A stretch of DNA of 64,000 bases from assembly GCA_030390025.1 (NCBI GenBank), contig JASTWF010000033.1, forward strand, positions 4,032,001-4,096,000. Direction: 5' to 3'. The translations under genes and the position numbers were made by a program. The notes beneath the pieces were generated by a model. It searched no databases, was not told where the DNA came from, and was given only the letters and a program-made list of their open reading frames with translations. The DNA is from Squalus acanthias. Its lineage: Eukaryota. Below are positions 32,876 to 46,300 of this stretch, piece by piece; within the stretch, counting starts at the first letter, position 1; the number at the start of each line of letters is the position of its first letter.

Positions 32876-33895
32876 TCGAACTCGTGCTGCACCTGCACTT
32901 GGAGTGTTTGATGGGACAGTATAGAGGGAGCTTTACTCTGTATCTAACCCGTGCTGCACGAGCCCTGGGAGTGTTTGATGGGACAGTGTAGAGGGAGCTT
33001 TACTCTGTATCTAACCCGTGCTGCACCTGCCCTGGGAGTGTTTGATGGGACAGTGTAGAGTGAGCTTTACTCTGTATCTAACCCGTGCTGTACTTGCCCT
33101 GGGAGTGTTTGATGGAAAAGTATAGAAGCAGCTTTACGCTCTATCTAACTTGTGCTGTACGTGCCCTGGGCATGTTTGATGGGGCAGTGTAGAGGGAGCT
33201 TTACTCTGTATCTAACCCGTGCTGCACTTGCCCTGGGAGTGTTTGATGGGACAGTTTAGAAGAATGTTTACTCTGTATCTAACCCGTGCTGTACCTGTCC
33301 TGGGAGTGTTTGATGGAACAGTGTAGCTGCAGCTTTACTCTGTATCTAAACCGTGCTGTACATGCCCTGGGAGTGTTTGATATGCCAGTGTAGAGGGAGC
33401 TTTGCGCTGTATCTAACCCGTGCTGTACCTGCCCTGGGAGTGCTTGACGGGACAGTGTAGAGGGTGCTTTACTCTGTATCTAACCCCGTGCTGTTCCTGC
33501 CCTGGGAGTGCTTGACGGGACAGTGTAGAGGGTGCTTTACTCTGTATCTAACCCCGTGCTGTACCTGCCCTGGGAGTGCTTGATGGGAATGTGTAGAGGG
33601 AGCTTTACTCTGTATCTACCCCGTGCTGTACCTGCCCTGGGAGTGTTTGATGGGACAGTGTAGATGCAGCTTTACTCTGAATCTAAACTGTGCTGTACCT
33701 GCCCTTGGAGTGCTGGGAGGGTAAATATAAAGGGAGCTTTACTCTGTATCTAACCCGTGCTGTACCTGCCCTTGGAGTGTTTGATGGGATAGTATAGAGG
33801 GAGCTTTACTCTGTATTTAACCCGTGCTGCACCTGCCCTGGGAGTGCTTGATGGGACAGTGTAGATTAAGCATTCCTCTCTATCTAACTCGTGCT

Positions 33896-35462
33896 CATAG
33901 AATCATAGAAAGTTACAGCACGGAATGAGTCAATTTCGGCCCATTTTGTCCGTGCCGGCCAACAAAGAGCTATCCAGCCAAATCCCACGTCCCAGCTCTT
34001 GGTCCGTAGCCCTGCAGGTTACTGCATCCCAAGTGCACATCCAAATACTTTTTAAATGTGGTTAGGGTTTCTGCCTCTACCACCCTTTCACGCAATGAGT
34101 TCCAGACCCCCACAACGCTTTGGGTGAAGACATTTCCCCTCAAATCCCCTTTAAAACTTCCAATTACTTAAAATCTATGCCCCATGGTATTTGACCCATT
34201 CGCTAAGGGAAATAGGTCCTTTCTATCCACTTTATCTAGGCCACTCATAATTTTGTACATCTCAGTTTAGTCTCCCCTCAGCCACCTTTGTTCCAAGGAA
34301 AACAAACCCAGCCTGTCCAGTCTTTTCACATAGCTAAGATCCTTGTAAGTCTCCTCTGTACCCTCTCTGGTGCAATCACATATGTCCTGTAATGTGGTGA
34401 CCAGAACTGCACGCAGTACTCTAGCTGAGGCCGAACTAGTATTTTATACAGTTGAAGTATAACCCCCGCCCCGCTCCTGCTCTTGTATTCTATGCTGTAC
34501 GTGCCCTGATAGTGTTTGACTGGACAGTGTAGTCATAGAGGCACAGAAGGAGGCCTTTCTGCCCATCAAGACGGTGCCGGATCTCTGTGAGCAATCCAGC
34601 TAATCCCAGTCCCCCGCTCTATCCCCGTAGCTCTGTACGTTTATTTCCCTCAGTTGCCTATCAAGTCTCCCCTTGAAAACATTGAGTGTTTCACTTCCAC
34701 CATTCTGGTAAATCTCATCTGCAACCTCTCATCGACCTTCACATACTTCCTAAAGTGTGGTGACCTGAACTGGACGCAATGTTCCAGTTGTGGCCTAACC
34801 AGCACTTTATAAAGTTTCTACATAACTTGTCTACTTTTGTACTCAATACCTCTATTTTGAAGTCCAAGATGCCATATGCTTTGCTAACCACTCTCTCAAT
34901 ATGTCCCGCCACCTTCAGGGACCTATGCACATTAACTCCCAGGTCCCTTTGTCACTGCGCACGCTTTAAAACGGTGTAATTAAGTGTATATTGCCTCTCA
35001 CTGTTCCTTCTGCCAAAATGCATTAACTCACACTTCTCTGTATTAAATTCCATCTGCCACTTGTCTGCTCATTCTGGTAGCCGTTCGATGTCCTGCTGCA
35101 GTCGATTGATATCATCATCACTGTTTGCCACACGCCCTAGTTTGGTGTCATTCGCAAATGTAGTAATCTTCTCTGTATTTCAATATCCAGGTCATTTATA
35201 TGTATCAAAAAAGCAGTAGCCCCAGCACTGACCCTTGAGGAACACCACTGTCTAGCATCATCCAGTCTGAAAAACAGCCATTTACCAAAAGTCGCTCTTT
35301 CCTGTCCTTAAGTCAAATCCTTATCCATGCTGCCTATTCCATGAGTCTCACTTTTGTTTACCAACCTTCTAAGTGGTATATTGTCAACCGCCTTCCTAAA
35401 ATCCATGTAGACAACATCCATTAGATTCCCTTCAGCAATCCTCTTTGTTACTTCATCTAAAA
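33896..35462 (-). mobile_element. Two CR1 3' fragments (33896-34494 and 34532-35462)
   Basis: Tail catagaatcatagaaag, RSLKVAGHIERVVSKAYGILDF and the reverse complement of a [15 protein letters not shown] segment. Confidence 0.88.
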
Positions 35463-35938
35463 GTTGTAGAGGGAGCTTTACTCTCTATTTAAACCGTGCT
35501 GTACCTGCCCTGGTAGTGTTTGAAGGGACAGTGCAGAGGGAGTTTTACACTGTACCTAACCCCGTGCGGTACCTGCTCTGGGCGTGTTTGATGGGGAGAA
35601 TGTAGAGGGAGCTTTACCCCCGATGTAACACGTGCTGCACCTGCCCTGGGAGTGTATGTAGGGAGAGTGTGGAGGGAGCTTTATTCTGTATTTAACTCGT
35701 GCTGTACCTGCCCTGGGACTGTTTGATGGGACAGTGTCGATGCAGCTTTACTCTGTACCTAACCCGTGCTTTACCTGCCCTGGGAGTGCTTAATGGGACT
35801 GTGTAGAGGCAGCTTTACTCCTATCTGACCCATGTTGCAACCGCCCTGGGAGTGTTCGAAAGGACAGTGTAGACTGAGCTTTACTCTGTATCTACCCCGT
35901 GCTGTACGTGCCCTGGGAGTATTTGATGGGACAGTGTT

Positions 35939-36110
35939 GAAACATAGAAACATAGAAAAAAAGGAGCAGGAATAGGCCATTCGGCCCTTTGAGCCTGATC
36001 CGGCATTCCATATGGTCATGGCTGATCTTCTATCTCAATACCATATTCCCGCTCTCTCCCCATACCCCTTGAAGCCTGTTCTGTCTAGAAATCTACCTAT
36101 TTTCATCTTA
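35939..36110 (-). mobile_element. CR1 3' end
   Basis: Tail gaaacatagaaacatagaaa plus 3' UTR. Confidence 0.85.
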
Positions 36111-36111
36111 A

Positions 36112-38529
36112 TGGTTTCCTAAACCAATATGTTGAGGAACCAACTATAGGGGAGGCCATCCTGGTCTGGGTGTTGTGTAATGTGGAAGGGCTAATCAGCA
36201 ATCTTGTGGTGCGAGGCCCCTTGGGGAAGAGTGACCATAGTATGGTGGAGTTCTACATTAGGATGGAGAAGGAAACAGTTAATTCAGAGACCATGGTCCA
36301 GAACTTAAATAAGGGCAACTTTGAGGGTATGAGGCGTGAATTGGTGAGGTTAGATTGGCAAGCGATATTTAAGGAGTTATCAGTGGAAGGGCAATGGCAG
36401 ACATTTAGAGATCGCATGGATGAACTACAGCAATTGTACATCCCTGTCTGGCGTAAAAATAAAAAAGGGAAGGTGGCTCAACCATGGCTAACAAGGGAAA
36501 TCAGGGATAGTATTAAAAGCAAGGAAGTGGCATACAAATTGGCAAGAAGTAGCAGCAAACCCGGAGACTGGGAGAACTTTAAAACGCAGCAGAGGAGGAC
36601 GAAGGGTTTGATTAGGGCAGGGAAAGTAAAATATGAAAGGAAGCTTGCAGAGAACATTAAAACGGACTGCAAAAGCTTCTATAAATATGTAAAAAGAAAG
36701 AGGTTAGCAAAAACAAACGTAGGTCCCCTGCAGTCAGAAGCAGGGGTAATCATAATGGGAAACAAAGAAATGGCAGATCAATTGAACAAGTACTTTGGTT
36801 CGGTGTTTACTGTGGAGGACGCAAACAACCTTCCGGAAATAAAAGAGATCAAAGGATCTGGTAAGAGGGAGGAGCTGAGGGAAATCCTTATCAGTCGGGA
36901 AAAGTTGTTGGGGAAATTGATGGGACTGAAGGCTGATAAATCCCCAGGGCCTGATGGTCTGCATCACTGAGTACTTAAGGAGGTGGCCTTGGAAATAGTG
37001 GATGCATTGACGATCATTTTCCAACATTCCTTAGACTCTGGATCAGTTCCGAAGGAGTGGAGGGTGGCTAATGTAACCCCTCTTTTTTAAAAAGGAGGGA
37101 GGGAGAAAGCAGGGAATTATAGACCGGTCAGCCTGACATCGGTGGTGGGTAAAATGATGGAATCAATTATTAAAGATGTCATAACAGACCATTTGGAAAA
37201 TGGCGACATGATAGGCCCAAGTCAGCATGGATTTGTGAAAGGGAAATCATGCTTGACAAATCTTCTGGAATTTTTTGAGGATGTTTCCAATAGGGTGGAC
37301 GGGTGGGAACCAGTAGATGTGGTGTATTTGGACTTTCAGAAGGCCTTCGACAAGGTCCCACACAAGAGATTGGTGTACAAAGTTAAAGCACGTGGGATTG
37401 GGGGTAATGTGTTGACGTGGATTGAGAACTGGTTGGCACACAGGAAACAAAGAGTAGGAGTAAATGGGTACTTTTCAGAATGGCAGGCAGTGACCAGCGG
37501 GGTACCGCAGGGTTCGGTGCTGGGACCCCAGCTGTTTACATTATATATTAATGATTTGGACGAAGGGATTAATTGTAATATCTCCAAATTTTGCGGATGA
37601 CACTAAATTGGGAGGCAGTGTGAACAATGAGGAGAATGCTAGGAGGCTACAGAGAAACTTGGACAGGTTGGGTGAATGGGCAAATGTATGGCAGATGAAG
37701 TACAATGTGGATAAATGTGAGGTTATCCACTTTGGTGGTAAAAATAGGGAGGCAGACTCTTACCTGAATGGTGGCAGATTAGGGAAAGGGGAGGTGCAAC
37801 GAGACCTGGGCGTCATGGTACATCAGTCACTGAAGGTGGGAAGGCAAGGGTAGCAGGCAGTCAAGAAAGCAAATGGCATGATGGCCTTCATAGCAAGGGT
37901 ATTTGAGTACAGGAGTAGGGAGGTGATGCTACAGTTGTACTGGGCCTTGGTGAGGCCACACCTGGAGTATTGTGTGCAGTTTTGGTCTCCTAACTTGAGG
38001 AAGGACATTCTTGATTTTGAGGGAGTGCAACGAAGGTTCACTAGATTGATTCCTGGGATGGCCAGACTGAGATATCAAGAAAGACTGGATCAGTTGAACT
38101 TGTATCCTCTGGAGTTCAGAAGAATGATGGGGGATCTTATAGAGCCGTTTAAAATCCTGACTGGTTTAGAAAAATTAGATGCGAGCAGAATGTTTCCAAT
38201 GTTAGAGTAAACTAAAACCAGGGGTCACAGTCTAAAGATAAAGGGGAAGCCATTTAAGACTGAGATGAGGAGGAACTTCTTCACCCAGAGAGTGGTGAAT
38301 CTGTGGAATTCTCTACCACAGAAGGTTGTTGAGGCCAGTTCGCTAAATATATCCAAAAAGGAGTTAGATATAATACTCACAACTACGGGGATCAAGGGGT
38401 GTGGCGAGAAAGCAGGAATGGGGTACTGAGGTAGCATGTTCAGCCATGAACGCATTGAATGGTGGTGCAGGTTCGAAGGACCGAATGGTCGACTCCTGCA
38501 TCTATTTTCTATGTTTCTATGTTTCTATG
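36112..38529 (+). mobile_element. Well-preserved 5'-truncated CR1 LINE (endonuclease C-terminus, RT, 3' UTR)
   Basis: 266-aa ORF (LGKSDHSMV..KSPGPDG), [37 protein letters not shown] and a (tttctatg)n tail. Confidence 0.95.
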
Positions 38530-41500
38530 TATCACCAGTCTTTCTATGTGCTCCTGAAGTCTGTTACTCGCCTCACTGTTTACTACATTTCACCAGTCTG
38601 TCTGTGTGCTCCTGAAGTCTGAAACTCTCCTCACTGTTTAGTACATTTCACCAGTGTTTCTATGTGCTCCTGAAGTCTGCTACTCTCCTCACTGTTTACT
38701 ACATTTCACCAGTCTTTCTATGTGCTCCTGAAGTCTGCTACTTTCCTCACTGTTTACTACATTTCACCAGTTTGTCTGTGTGCTCCTGAAGTCTGCTAAT
38801 CTCCTCACAGTTTATTACATTTCACTAGTCTGTCTGTGTGCTCCTGAAGTCTGTTACTCTCCTCACTGTTTACAGCATTTCACCAGTCTGTCTGTGCTCC
38901 TGAAATTTGCCACTCGCCTCACTGTTTACTACATTTCACCAGTCTGTCTGTGTGCTGCTGAAGTCTGCTACTCTCCTCACTGTTTACTACATTTCACCAG
39001 TCTGTCTGCGTGCTCCTGATGTCTGCTACTCTCCTCACTGTTTACTACATTTCACCAGTCTGTCTGTGTGCTCCTGAAGTCTGATACTCTCCTCATTGTT
39101 TACAACATTTCATCAGTCTTTCTATGTGCTCCTGAAGTCTGTTACTCTCCTCACTTTTTACTGCATTTTACCAGTCTGTCTGTTCTCCTGAATTCTGCTA
39201 ATCTCCTCACTGTTTACTACATTTCCCCAGTCTGTCTGTGAGCTCCTGAATCTGCTAATCTCCTCACTCTTTACTACATTTCACCAGTCTGTCTGTGTGC
39301 TCCTGAAGTCTGCTACTCCGCTCACTGTTTACTGCATATCACCAGTCTGTCTGTGTGCTCCAGTATTCTGCTACTCTCCTCACTGTTTACTACATTTCAC
39401 CAGTCTGTCTGTGTGCTCCTGAAGTCTGCTACTCTCCTCACTGTTTACTGCATTTCACCAGTCTGTCTGTGCTCCTGGAGACTGCTAATCTCCTCACAGT
39501 TTGCAGCAATTCACCAGTCTGTCTGTGTGCTCCTAAAGTCTGCTACTCTCCTCACTGTTTACTGCATTTCACCAGTCTGTCTGTGTGCTTCTGAAGTCTG
39601 ATACTCTCCTCACTGTTTACTGCATTTCACCAATCTGTCAGTGCTCCTGGATTCTGCAACTTTCCTCACTGTTTACTACGTTTCAGCAGTCTGTCGGTGT
39701 GCTCCTGAAGTCAGATACTCTCCTCACTGTTTACTACATTTCAATATGTCTGTCTATGTGTTCCTGAATTCTGCTACTCTCCTCACTGTTTACTACATTT
39801 CACCAGTCTGTCTGAGTGCTCCTGAAGTCTGCTACTCTCCTCACTATTTACTACATTTCACCAGTCTGTCTGTCTGTTCCAGAAGTCTGCTGCTCTCCTC
39901 ACAATTTACTACATTTCACGAGTCTGTCTGTGTGCTCCTGAAGTCTGGTACTCTCTTCACTGTTTACTACATTTCACCAGTCTGTCTGTGTGCTCCTGAA
40001 GTCTGTTGCTCTCCTCACTGTTTATTGCATTGCACCAGTCTGTCCGTGTGATCCTGAGGTCTGCCACTCTCCTCACTGCTTACTACATTTCACCAGTCTG
40101 TCTGTCTGTTCCTGAAGTCTGCCACTCTCCTCACTGTTTACTACATTTCACCAGTCTGTCTGGGTGTTCCTGAAGTCTGCTACTTTCCTCACTGTTTGCT
40201 ACATTTCGCCAGTCTGTCTGTGTGCTCCTGAAGTCTGACACTCACCTCAAATTTTACTACATTTCACTAGTCTGTCTGTGTGCTCCGGAAGTCTGATACT
40301 CTACTCACTGTTTACTACATTTCACCAGTCTGTCTGTCTGTTCCTGAAGTCTGCTACTCTCCTCACTGTTTATTACATTGCACCAGTCTGTCTGTGTGCT
40401 CCTGAAGTCTGTTACTCTCCTCACTTTTTAGGACATTTCACCAGTCTGTCTGTTTGCGTCTGAATTCTGCTAATCTCCTCACTGTTTGCTGAATTTCACC
40501 AGGCTGTCTGTGTGCTCCTGAATTCGACTACTCTCCTCACTGTTACTGCATTTCACAAGTCTATCTGTATGCTCCTTAAGTCTGTTACTCTCCTCACTGA
40601 TTACAACATTTCACCAGTCTGTCTATGTGCTCCTGAAGTCTGCTACTCTCCTCACTGTTTACTACATTTCACCAGTCAGTCTGTGTGCTCCTGTAGTCTG
40701 TTACTCTCCTCACTGTTTACTACATTTCACCAGTCTGTCTGTGTGCTCCTGAAGTCTGCTTCTCTCCTCACTGTTTACTACATTTCACGAGTCTGTCTGT
40801 GTGCTCCTGAAGTCTGTTACTCTCCAAACTGTTTATTACATTTCGCCAGTCTATCTGTGTGCTTCTGCAGTCTGCTACTCTGCTCACTGTTTACTATATT
40901 TCACCAGTCTGTCTGTGCTCCTGAAGTCTGCTGATCTCCTCACTGTTTACTATATTTCACCAGTCTGTCTGTGTGCTCCTGAAGTCTGATACTCTCCTCA
41001 AAGTTTTCTGCATTTCACCAGTCTGTCTGTGTGCTCCGGAAGTCTGATACTCTCCTCACTGTTTACTGCATTGCACCAGTCTGTCTCTGTGCTCCTGAAG
41101 TCTGTTACACTCCTCACTGTTTACGACATTTCACCAGTCTGTCTGTTTGCTTCTGAATTCTGCTAACCTCCTCACTGTTTGCTGCATTTCACCAGGCTGT
41201 CTGTGTGCTCCTGAATTCGACTACACTCCTCACTGTTACTGCATTTCACCAGTATATCTGTATGCTCCTGAATCTGTTACTCTCCTCGCTGATTGCAACA
41301 TTTCACCAGTCTGTCTGTGTGCTCCTGAAGTCTGCTACTCTCCTAACTGTTTACTACATATCACCAGTCAGTCTGTGTGCTCCAGAAGTCTGTTATATTC
41401 TCACTGTTTACTACAGTTCACCAGTCTGTCTGTGTGCTCCTGATGTCTGCTTCTCTCCTCACTGTTTACTACATTTCACCAGTCTGTCTGTGTGCTCCTG

Positions 41501-43337
41501 AAGGCTGTTACTCTCCAAACTGTTTATTACATTTCGCCAGTCTATTTGTGTGCTTCTGCAGTCTGCTACTCTCCTCACTGCTTACTATATTTCACCAGTC
41601 TGTCTGTGTGCTCCTGAAGTCTGCGACTCTCCTCACTTTTTACTACATTTCACCAGTCTGTCTGTGCCTCCGAAGTCTGCTAATCTCCTCACTGTTTACT
41701 ACATTTCACCAGTCTGTCTGTGTGCAACTGAAGTCTGCTACTCTCCTCACTCTTTACTACATTTCCCCAGTCTGTCTGTTTGCTCCTGAAGTCTGCTACT
41801 CTCCTCACTGTTTATTGCATTGCACCAGTCTGTCTGTGTGATCCTGAGGTCTGTTACTCTCCTCACTGTTTACTACATTTCACCAGTCTGTCTGTCTGTT
41901 CCTGAAGTCTGCCACTCTCCTCACTGTTTACTACATTTCACGAGTCTGTCTGGGTGTTCCTGAAGTCTGCTACTCTCCTCACTGTTTACTACATTTCACT
42001 AGTCTGTCTGTGTGCTCCTGAAGTCTGCTACTCTCCTCACTGTTTACTACATTTCACCAGACTGCCTGTGTGATCCTGAGGTCTGCTACTCTCCTCACTG
42101 TTTACTACATTTCACCATTCTGTCTGTCTGTTCCTGAAGTCTGCTGCTCTCCTCACTGTTTACTACATTTCACCAGACTGTCTGTGTGCTCCTGAAATCT
42201 GTTACTCTCCTCACTGTTCACTACATTTCACCAGTCTGTCTATGTGCTCCTGAAGCCTGCTACTTTCCTCACTGTTTGCTACATTTCACCAGTCTGTCTG
42301 TGTCTTCCTGAAGTCTGTTTCTCGCCTCACTGTTTACTACATTTCAACAGTCTGTCTGTGTGCTCCGGAAGTCTGATACTCTACTCACTGTTTACTACAT
42401 TTCACCAGTCTGTCTGTCTGTTCCTGAAGTCTGCTACTCTCCTCACTGTTTACTACATTGCACCAGTCTGTCTGTGTGCTCCTGAAGTCTGTTACTCTCC
42501 TCACTGTTTACTACATTTCACCATTCTGTCTGTCTGTTCCTGAAGTCTGCTGCTCTCCTCACTGTTTACTACATTTCACCAGACTGTCTGTGTGCTCCTG
42601 AAGTCTGGTGCTCTCCTCACTGTTTACTACATTTCACCATTCTGTCTGTCTGTTCCTGAAGTCTGGTGCTCTCCTCACTGTTTACTACATTTCACATGGT
42701 TGTCTGTCTGTTCCTGAAGTCTGCTAATCTCCTCACTCTTTACTACATTTCACCTGTCTGTCTGTGCTGCCGAAGTCTGTTTCTCTCCTCACTGTTTAAT
42801 ACATTTCAGCAGTCTGTCTGTGTGCTCCTGAAGTCTGATACTCTCCTCACTGTTTACTACATTTCACCAGTCTGTCTGTTTGCGTCTGAATTCTGCTAAT
42901 CTCCACACTGTTTGCTGCATTTCACCAGGCTGTCTGTGTGCTCCTGAATTCGACTACTCTCCTCAATGTTACTGCATTTCACCAGTCTGCATGTGTGCTC
43001 CTGAATTCTGTTGCTCTCCTCACTGATTACAACATTTCACCAGTCTGTCTGTGTGCTCCTGAAGTCTGTTAATCTCCTCACTGTTTACTACATTTCACCA
43101 GTCTGTCTGTGTGCTCCTGAAGTCTGCCTCTCTCCTCACTGTTTACTACATTTCACCAGTCTGTCTATGTGCTCCTGAAGTCTGTTACTCTCCAAACTGT
43201 ATATTACATTTCGCCAGTCTATCTGTGTGCTTCTGCAGTCTGCTGCTCTCCTCACTGTTTAATATATTTCACCAGTCTGTCTGTGTGCTCCTCAAGTCTC
43301 AGACTCTCCTCATTTTTACTACATTTCACCAGTCTGT
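38530..43337. repeat. 58-bp satellite, ~83 diverged copies (tcaccagtctgtctgtgtgctcctgaagtctgctactctcctcactgtttactacatt)
   Basis: Period is 58 (tcaccag at 38590 and 38648). Confidence 0.97.
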
Positions 43338-46300
43338 CAGAGGGCAGCAGAGTGCGCTTCACTTACACAGTGCGAGCCTTGTCCTGTGGTAAACACTCAG
43401 AGGGCAGCAGGGACACATACACAGTGCGAGCCTTGTCCTGTGGTAAACACTCAGAGGGCAGCAGAGTGCGCTACAGATACACAGTGCGAGCCTTGTCCTG
43501 TGGTAAACACTCAGAGGGCAGCAGAGTGCGCTACACATACACAGTGCGAGCCTTGTCCTGTGGTAAACACTCAGAGGGCAGCAGAGTGCGCTACACATAC
43601 ACAGTGCGAGCCTTGTCCTGTGGTAAACACTCAGAGGGCAGCAGGGACACAGACACAGTGCGAGCCTTGTCCTGTGGTAAACACTGAGGGCAGCAGAGTG
43701 CGCTACACATATACAGTGCGAGCCTTGTCCTGTGGTAAACACTGAGGGCAGCAGAGTGCGCTACACATACACAGTGCGAGCCTTGTCCTGTGGTAAACAC
43801 TGAGGGCAGCAGACTGCGCTACACATACACAGTGTGAGCCTTGTCCTGTGGTAAACACTCAGAGGGCAGCAGAGTGCTCTACACATACACAGTGCGAGCC
43901 TTGTCCTGTGGTAAACACTCAGAGGGCAGCAGAGTGCGCTACACATACACAATGCGAGCCTTGTCCTGTGGTAAACACTCAGAGGGCAGCAGGGACACAG
44001 ACACAGTGCGAGCCTTGTACTGTGGTAAATACTGAGGGCAGCAGAGTGCGCTACACATATACAGTGCGAGCCTTGTCCTGTGGTAAACACTCAGAGGGCA
44101 GCAGAGTGTGCTACAGATACACAGTGCGAGCCTGGTCCTGTGGTAAACACTCAGAGGGCAGCAGAGTGCGCTACACATACACAGTGCGAGCCTTGTCCTT
44201 TGGTAAACACTCAGAGGGCAGCAGAGTGCGCTACACATACACAGTGCGAGCCTTGACCTGTGGTAACAACTCAGAGGGCAGCAGAGACACATGCACAGTG
44301 CGAGCCTTGTCCTGTGGTAAATACTCAGAGGGCAGCCGAGTGCGCTACACATATACAGTGCGAGCCTTGTCCTGTGGTAAAAACTCAGAGGGCAGCAGTG
44401 ACACATACACAGTGCGAGCCTTGTCCTGTGGTAAATACTCAGAGGGCAGCAGAGTGCGCTGCACATACACAGTGCGAGCGTTGTCCTGTGGTAAACACTC
44501 AGAGGGAGGCAGAGTGCGCTACACATACACAGTGCGAGCCTTGTCCTGTGGTAAACACTCAGAGGGCAGCAGAGTGCGCTACACATATACAGTGCGAGCC
44601 TTGTCCTGTGGTAAAAACTCAGAGGGCAGCAGTGACACATACACAGTGCGAGCCTTGTCCTGTGGTAAACACTCAGAGGGCAGCAGAGTGCGCTACACAT
44701 ACACAGTGCGAGCCTTGTACTGTGGTGAACACTCAGAGGGCAGCAGGGACACATACACAGTGCGAGCCTTGTCCTGTGGTAAACATCAGAGGGCAGCAGG
44801 GACACATACACAGTGCGAGCCTTGTCCTGTGGTAAACATTCAGACGGCAGCAGAGTGCGCTACACATACACAGTGCGAGCCTTGTCCTGTGGTAAACGCT
44901 CAGAGGGCAGCAGGGTGCGCTACACATACACAGTGCGAGCGTTGTCCTGTGGTAAACACTCAGAGGGCAGCAGAGTGCGCTACACACACACAGTGCGACC
45001 CTTGCACTGTGGTAAACACTCAGAGGGCAGCAGGGACACATACACAGTGCGAGCCTTGTCCTGTGGTGAACACTAAGAGGGCAGCAGCTACACATACACA
45101 GTGCGAGCCTTGTCCTGTGGAAAACACTCAGAGGGCAGCAGAGTGCGCTAAACATACACACTGCGAGCCTTGTACTGTGGTAAACACTCAGAGGGCAGCA
45201 GGGACACATACACAGTGCGAGCCTTGTCCTGTGGTAAACAATCAGAGGGCAGCCGAGTGCGCTAAACATACACAGTGCGAGCCTTGTACTGTGGTAAACA
45301 CTCAGAGGGCAGCAGAGTGCGCTACACATACACAGTGCGTGCCTTGTACTGTGGTAAACACTCAGAGGGCAGCAGAGTGCGCTACACATACACAGTGCGA
45401 GCCTTGTCCTGTGGTAAACACTCAGAGGGCAGCAGAGTGCGCTACACAAACACATTGCGAGCCTTGTCCTGTGGTACACACTCAGAGGGCAGCAGGGACA
45501 CATACACAGTGCGAGCCTTGTCCTGTGGTAAACACACAGAGGGCAGCAGTATGCGCTAAACATACACAGTGCGAGCCTTGTCCTGTGGTAAACTCTCAGA
45601 GTGCAGCAGAGTGCGCTACACATAAACAGTGCGAGACTTGTCCTGTGGTAAACACTCAGAGTGCAGCAGAGTGCGCTACACATACACAGTGCGAGCCTTG
45701 TCCTGTGGCGAACACTCAGATGGCAGCAGGGACACATACACAGTGCGAGCCTTGTACTGTGGTAAACACTCAGAGGGCAGCAGAGTGCGCTACACAAACA
45801 CAGTGCGAGCCTTGTCCTGTGGCGAACACTCAGATGGCAGCAGGGACACATACACAGTGCGAGCCTTGTCCTGTGGTAAACACTCAGAGGGCAGCAGGGA
45901 CACATACACAGTGCGAGCCTTGTCCTGTGGTAAACACTCAGAGGGCAGCAGAGTGCGCTACGCACACACAGTGCGAGCGCTGTCCTGTGGTAAACACTCA
46001 GAGGGCAGCAGCGTGCGCTACACATATACAGTGCGAGCCTTGTCCTGTGGTAAACACTCAGAGGGCTGCAGAGTGCGCTACACATACACAGTGCGAGCGT
46101 TGTCCTGTTGCAAACACTCAGAGGGCAGCAGAGTGCGCTACACATACACAGTGCGAGCCTTGTACTGTGGTAAACACTCAGAGAGCAGCAGGGACACATA
46201 CACAGTGCGAGCCTTGTCCTGTGGTAAACACTCAGAGGGCAGCAGAGTGCGCTACACATACACAGTGCGAGCCTTGTACTGTGGTAAACACTCAGAGGGC

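Larger units (their letters stand above)
32250..35937. repeat. 67-bp minisatellite (gggagtgtttgatgggacagtgtagagggagctttactctgtatctaacccgtgctgtacctgccct), interrupted by LINE fragments
   Basis: Period is 67 (tatctaaccc at 32941 and 33008). Blocks lie at ~32250-32530, 32876-33895, 34495-34531 and 35465-35937. Confidence 0.93.

Noticed and set aside
35939..38529. A single 5'-inverted (twin-primed) CR1
   Set aside because: Both pieces carry their own 3' tail, so two independent insertions are the simpler explanation.
38780..43392. Hydrophobic/Cys-rich ORFs (LLTVYYISPVCLCAPEV...)
   Set aside because: They are translations of the 58-bp satellite, and the frame rotates with each unit.
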